A stretch of 19,701 nucleotides of DNA from Deinococcaceae bacterium (lineage in GTDB: Bacteria; Deinococcota; Deinococci; Deinococcales; Trueperaceae), in assembly GCA_040256005.1 (NCBI GenBank), contig JBDZWC010000047.1, forward strand, positions 1 to 19,701, in the 5' to 3' direction. Below, in pieces: positions 15,901-19,701 of this stretch. Every line of letters begins with the position of its first letter. Within the stretch, counting starts at the first letter, position 1. Under the pieces are notes generated by a model. That model ran no database searches and was not told the origin of the DNA. It saw only the letters and a list, made by a program, of their open reading frames with translations. The position numbers and the translations under genes were made by a program.

Positions 15901-17466
15901 ATGACAGACGAGCTGCTCACAGCGGTGGCGAACGTCCACGGCACACCGGTCTACGTCTACGACCTCGACATGGTCACCGCCCGGTTCCGGCAGGTCGAAG
16001 CGGCCTTCCCGGGCGCCAGGATCCACTACGCCGTGAAGGCGAACGCCCTTGGACCCTTGCTGGCCCACCTAGCGGCCCTGGGTGCCAGAGCCGAGGCGCT
16101 CACGGCTGGCGAGCTGGCGCGAGCCCTCAGGGCGGGGTTCGCCGCAAGCGACGTCGTGCTGGGCGGCCCCGGCCACGGCGCCGACCTGGCCCGGTGGGCC
16201 GGGTCCGAGGGCGTGGGTCTCGTGAGCATCGACTCCGTGGGTGCCTGGCGTGTGTGGCACGCTACCGAGGCTCCCGACACGCGTTTCCTCGTGAGGTTGA
16301 ACCCTGGCTTCGACCCCCGCACCCACGAGCACCTGGCCACCGGCGCAGCGGAATCGAAGTTCGGCATGCCGACCGAAGAGGCGCTCGAGGTGGCCCGCCA
16401 AGTAGCCGCCACCGGCCGGTTGGCGGGCTTCCACGTTCACGCCGGGTCGATGATCTCGGACCCGGAGGTAGCTCACCTGGTGACGCAGGCGCTCGAGCCG
16501 CTCTACGCGGAGATGCCGGACCTCGACTTCGTCGACTTCGGTGGTGGGTTCGCCGTTCCAACGGCCGATCTGGAAGCGTTCGCGACGCCGCTCCTGGCGT
16601 TCGCCGAGAGGCACGGCGTGACGCCCATCGTCGAGCCCGGTCGTTTCCTGGTGGCCGAGTCCGGCGTGCTACTGACGCGGGTTCTGCACGTCAAGGAGGC
16701 CGGCCCGAGGCGACACGTGATCGCCGACGCCGGCATGGCGGACCTGATCAGGCCGGCTCTGTACGGCGCCCGTCACCCCGTCATGGTCGTGGGCGAGGGG
16801 GGCGCACCCAGAGGCGAGATGGCCGGCACCGACCTGGACGGCCCGCTGTGCGAGAACGCGGACCGGTTGGCCAGGGACGTCGACCTGACGGGCGTGGATC
16901 ACGGCTCCCTGCTAGCGGTGGGTCTCGCGGGCGCCTACTCCTACGCGATGTCGTCTCATTACGGTTCGACCCTCAGCCCGGCACAGGTCGTCGCGGCCGG
17001 CGGCGTCTTCAGCCTCGCGGCCAGGCGCGAGGACCCGTCGGACCTGTGGCGCCTGGAGGCGCCGGTGGCTGGCGGCATGGTCCCGAGTCAGGTACAGGCC
17101 CGGGGCGATGCCGACGATGCCCTCGGGGCAAAGGCCGCCGTCGCTTCGCTGCTCGACGCCATGGAGACCCCCGCCAGGGCGGCAGCGGCGCTGCTCAACG
17201 CGGCGGCGGAGCACCTGAGGCCCCGCCTGGGCCGCCTCGAAGACCTGACCCGTACGTTCGCGAACGATCTCTACCGTCCGCTCGTCGGCGTCGGCAGAGC
17301 GGCTCTCGCTGACATCGACCAGCGGACCGCCGACCACGGTGACGTGGCCAGGGCGACCGTCAAGACCGCCGAGGGCGACTTCCTCATCAGCTGCGCGCGA
17401 CAGCGCGCTGCTGTGTCCCGCGGCTGGCGCGTGACCGGCCTGGCCCGGGACCTGCCAGACGCCTGA
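15901..17466 (+). CDS. lysA: Diaminopimelate decarboxylase with an extra C-terminal domain of about 135 aa
   Basis: GTPVYVYD, PLP lysine YAVKAN, ATGAAESKFG, HVHAGS, DFGGGF, EPGRFLVAESG, DLIRPALYGA, GPLCENAD, GAYSYAMSSHY, usual end RREDPSDLWRLE at residue 386. TGA-TAACCT 10 nt upstream. Confidence 0.9.
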   Translation: MTDELLTAVANVHGTPVYVYDLDMVTARFRQVEAAFPGARIHYAVKANALGPLLAHLAALGARAEALTAGELARALRAGFAASDVVLGGPGHGADLARWAGSEGVGLVSIDSVGAWRVWHATEAPDTRFLVRLNPGFDPRTHEHLATGAAESKFGMPTEEALEVARQVAATGRLAGFHVHAGSMISDPEVAHLVTQALEPLYAEMPDLDFVDFGGGFAVPTADLEAFATPLLAFAERHGVTPIVEPGRFLVAESGVLLTRVLHVKEAGPRRHVIADAGMADLIRPALYGARHPVMVVGEGGAPRGEMAGTDLDGPLCENADRLARDVDLTGVDHGSLLAVGLAGAYSYAMSSHYGSTLSPAQVVAAGGVFSLAARREDPSDLWRLEAPVAGGMVPSQVQARGDADDALGAKAAVASLLDAMETPARAAAALLNAAAEHLRPRLGRLEDLTRTFANDLYRPLVGVGRAALADIDQRTADHGDVARATVKTAEGDFLISCARQRAAVSRGWRVTGLARDLPDA

Positions 17467-17492
17467 CCCATCGCCCCGGATGCAGCGGAGCT

Positions 17493-17999
17493 TCAGCCGT
17501 CCAGCTCCACGCTCAAGCGCACCGGCACCTCGCCGCCACCGCGCGCCCGCAAAGCGCCGCGGAACCGGTAAGGGCCCGGGATGCCGTCGGTCGGCGCGGT
17601 GACCTCGTAGACGGCCCACAGCGCGTAGACGGTGCGTCCGGCAGCGGACGAACCGGAACCGCTCTGGGAGCTGCGCTCGACACGGACCGCTTGCAGCCTG
17701 AAGCCCCAGCCGTCCGGCACGCGATCCGCGGTGAACCCGAACTGGCCGGTGACGTCACCGAGCTCGGACGAGTAGCCGCTGGGTACCCACAGTGCCGGCT
17801 CGAGCGCCGACGGTTCCAGACCGAAGTCGGCGAGCGAGTGATCCACCCGCAGGTAGATCGTCTGGCCGCCCGAGACATGCGGAACGCCGCCGGCGGCGGG
17901 GAACGGGTTGTTGGCCGAACCGCCCAGCACGGAGGGAGCGCAGGACGAGAGCAGGAGGGCCGTCAGTGCCGCAGCGAAGGGCCACGCGATCTTGCGCAT
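17493..17999 (-). CDS. Putative lipoprotein of unknown function, 168 aa
   Basis: Signal peptide MRKIAWPFAAALTALLLSS-C with lipobox LSSC; beta-rich mature region. TGA-TAGCCT lies 6 nt before the ATG. Confidence 0.82.
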   Translation of the reverse strand: MRKIAWPFAAALTALLLSSCAPSVLGGSANNPFPAAGGVPHVSGGQTIYLRVDHSLADFGLEPSALEPALWVPSGYSSELGDVTGQFGFTADRVPDGWGFRLQAVRVERSSQSGSGSSAAGRTVYALWAVYEVTAPTDGIPGPYRFRGALRARGGGEVPVRLSVELDG

Positions 18000-18011
18000 G
18001 TGCCGAGGCTA

Positions 18012-18668
18012 TCAGCCGGGAGCGTGAGCGTGTTCCGCGCGGTTCGCCAGCTCCTGGAACCGCTGTAGGGCACGCATCCTGTGCTCGCGTACGGCCTCGT
18101 AGACGGCGGCCTGGTCGCGCCACCTCACCAGGCGCCAGATGCGGCGCAGGTCGTTCTCGCTGCCCCTCAACACCGACTCGCAGCGATAGACGCGGTGGAA
18201 CCGCTTGGTGGTCTCGCGTAGGTCGAGGATCGTGGCGACGAGCCGACGGTTGGGCGTGGCCTCGTACAGGACGTCGTGGAACTCGGAGTAGCGCTCCGCG
18301 AACGCCGCGTAGTCGCCGGCGTCGAGCATGGCGCGCATCTCGTCGAGCAACCAGCTGGTCCGGCTGAGCTGATCGTCAGATACGAAGGGAGTGGCGTCCC
18401 GCGCGGCGACCGGCTCGAGCGCGAGCCTTAGCTCCGATACCCATACCCCTTCGTTCCAGGGCAGTGCGGTCACCTCGACCCGCGTGTGTGGCTTGAGCTC
18501 GACGAGACCTTCGGTCTCGAGCTGCCTCACCGCCTCGCGCACAGGTATGGGGCTCACCCCGTACCGCTCGGCGAGCCGTGAGAACACCAGGCGTGCGCCT
18601 GGCTGCAGGTGTCCCTGCACTATCTCTTCTTTCAAAGATTCGTACACGTACCGTGTCTTAGTACTCAC
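18012..18668 (-). CDS. GntR family transcriptional regulator (FadR/FCD type), 218 aa
   Basis: wHTH VYESLKEEIVQGHLQPGARL...LAERYGVSPIPVREAVRQLETEGLV; FCD-like ELRLALEP, FHDVLY, NRRL. Start GTG 18668 behind GGGGGG (ORF track over-extends to 19118). Confidence 0.92.
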   Translation of the reverse strand: MSTKTRYVYESLKEEIVQGHLQPGARLVFSRLAERYGVSPIPVREAVRQLETEGLVELKPHTRVEVTALPWNEGVWVSELRLALEPVAARDATPFVSDDQLSRTSWLLDEMRAMLDAGDYAAFAERYSEFHDVLYEATPNRRLVATILDLRETTKRFHRVYRCESVLRGSENDLRRIWRLVRWRDQAAVYEAVREHRMRALQRFQELANRAEHAHAPG

Positions 18669-18741
18669 ATGGTCCCCCCGGAGCCACCGCGACTCTGGTC
18701 CGGACGCGAAACTGCCGCGGCGTTCGTCAAGAACTGCGCGG

Positions 18742-18807
18742 ATGCTACCACCGGAAGGCGCTCTCCGTTCATCTCGGCGCGGACGCCAAGTGAACACGTG
18801 GCATAAT
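18742..18807. promoter_or_regulatory. Divergent extended -10 promoters with a candidate operator
   Basis: Minus strand TGG-TAGCAT (18750-18742) toward the GntR gene; plus strand TGG-CATAAT (18799-18807) toward the SufR-like gene; imperfect palindrome 18785-18802. Confidence 0.55.
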
Positions 18808-18849
18808 CCGCCGCAACGTCGCTCAGGCCGCCCGCGGCGTGGACCTTCG

Positions 18850-19491
18850 ATGGACACCTCCCATTCGCGAGTACAGCTCCCGGTCGCGTTGACCGACAGC
18901 CGTGTGCGGCTGTTGCGCGAGGTGCTGTTGCGACGTCGCTCGGGAGCCACCGCGGAGGAGCTCGCCGGGGCTCTGGGCGTCACGCGGACCGCGGTGTCAC
19001 AACAGCTGATGGCGCTGGAGCGCGACGGCCTCCTCGCGAGGGGCGAGATGCGTGACACGGGCGGTAGGCCGAGCCGGACGTACGTGCTCACGGAGGCCGG
19101 GCACGAGACCTTTCCCAAACACTACGGGCTGCTCGCGTCGTCGTTCGTGCGCCACGCCAGGTCGCTCTACGGCGAGGAGGGACTCGAGGCCCTTCTCATC
19201 AGGATGGCCGACGAGGTCGCCGCCCAGGTGCGTCCGCGCCTCGAGGGCACGGCGGGTTTGGAGCGCAAGCGCGCGGTCGTGGCCGTCCTGAACGAGCTTG
19301 GCTACGAGGCCGCCCTGACCGCTGATGGCGCCATCGAAGCCGTGAACTGCGTGTTCAGTCAGGTGGTCAAAGAGACCAGGGGGGCCTGTGCCTTCGACGT
19401 CAGGCTACTGGGTGCGCTGCTGGGCGAAGAGGTGGTCCACGGCGACTGCCTGGCCGAGGGTCACGCCTGCTGCCGCTTCAAGACGACCTGA
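18850..19491 (+). CDS. ArsR/SufR-like (COG2345-type) helix-turn-helix regulator with Cys-rich C-terminus, 213 aa
   Basis: HTH TAEELAGALGVTRTAVSQQLMALERDGL, wing GGRPSRTYVLTEAGHETFPKHY, LGYEA, Cys at 167, 180, 200, 207 and 208. Start ATG 18850 assumed. Confidence 0.88.
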   Translation: MDTSHSRVQLPVALTDSRVRLLREVLLRRRSGATAEELAGALGVTRTAVSQQLMALERDGLLARGEMRDTGGRPSRTYVLTEAGHETFPKHYGLLASSFVRHARSLYGEEGLEALLIRMADEVAAQVRPRLEGTAGLERKRAVVAVLNELGYEAALTADGAIEAVNCVFSQVVKETRGACAFDVRLLGALLGEEVVHGDCLAEGHACCRFKTT

Positions 19492-19496
19492 ACCGG

Positions 19497-19502
19497 TAAG
19501 AT
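19497..19502 (+). promoter_or_regulatory. Probable -10 box for the riboswitch-TerC transcript
   Basis: TAAGAT 11 nt upstream of riboswitch P1, matching the TAnnnT pattern seen across the window. Confidence 0.6.
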
Positions 19503-19513
19503 GCTCCTTCGTG

Positions 19514-19650
19514 TAGGGGGAGTAGCCCCCGGCTCCCGCGACGGGCGGAACCAGGCCCGGCGTCGCCGGGCGTCCGCCTCCGTCAGCACGGTCGCCATCT
19601 GCGACCCGGACGCGGACATCGTGTGAAGCTGCCACGCAGGCAAGACCCTA
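19514..19650 (+). ncRNA. yybP-ykoY manganese riboswitch
   Basis: P1 TAGGG 19514-18 / CCCTA 19646-50; L1 GGAGTA / AAGA; GCC/GGC; long P2 19528-19570; P3 GTCCGC/GCGGAC plus TCCG/CGGA; L3 TCAGCAC; GGTCGC/GCGACC; P4 CGTG/CACG. Four-way junction and loop sequences match the family. Confidence 0.93.
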
Positions 19651-19663
19651 GCGGGAGGTACTG

Positions 19664-19701
19664 ATGGCTCTTCCGTTATGGGCTTGGGTGGCGTTCGTGG
19701 G
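19664..19701 (+). CDS. 5' end of a probable TerC/Alx-type metal homeostasis membrane protein (truncated by window)
   Basis: SD GGGAGG 19653-19658, ATG 19664, MALPLWAWVAFV. Resembles TerC/Alx N-termini and sits behind a yybP-ykoY riboswitch; only 12 full codons visible. Confidence 0.7.
   Translation, partial: MALPLWAWVAFV

Noticed and set aside
14454..15944. 496-aa ORF suggesting an MtnN fusion
   Set aside because: The upstream half overlaps the membrane-protein gene out of frame; MtnN homology begins at ATG 15176.
15901..17058. LysA homolog as an ornithine or carboxynorspermidine decarboxylase forming a polyamine cluster with mtnN
   Set aside because: RPALY and CE are DAP decarboxylase specificity features, and no aminopropyltransferase or SAM decarboxylase is in the window.
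18644..18670. ATG-TGA start-stop overlapping the GntR GTG, and the ACACG-TAC-CGTGT palindrome in its AT-richer 5' end
   Set aside because: The ATG is only 3 nt from the G-run and both elements are short enough to arise by chance; lower GC at gene starts is common.
18391..19118. Apparent long head-to-head overlap of the two regulator ORFs
   Set aside because: Recognisable domains start at 18668 (-) and 18850 (+), leaving a normal 181-bp divergent promoter region.

Overview
Very GC-rich (roughly 70% by eye), gene-dense bacterial chromosome segment of mostly housekeeping genes. Gene content (lptB next to a DUF3084-type gene, homodimeric aceE-aceF, a stand-alone lysA) and frequent TAnnnT -10 boxes placed 6-10 nt before start codons suggest phylum Deinococcota, possibly Trueperaceae-like; this is inference, not a database result. 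Order: 5'-truncated gpsA, ABC ATPase, ABC permease, TerC-family gene, PAS-GGDEF protein, sulfurtransferase, TrmH methyltransferase, receiver-only response regulator, mscL, DUF3084-type coiled-coil protein, lptB, aceF, aceE, mtnN, a membrane hypothetical, lysA with an extra C-terminal domain, a lipoprotein, a GntR regulator, a SufR-like Cys-rich regulator, and a yybP-ykoY (Mn2+) riboswitch before a 3'-truncated probable TerC/Alx gene. No mobile element, CRISPR array, tRNA or rRNA was seen. The most notable items are the riboswitch with an enlarged P2 holding an anti-SD, its position right behind a putative Fe-S sensor, the LysA fusion with a possible internal start, a 22-bp phased repeat array between divergent promoters, and a structured aceE leader with two upstream palindromes. 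No clearly new multi-gene system can be proven from sequence alone.
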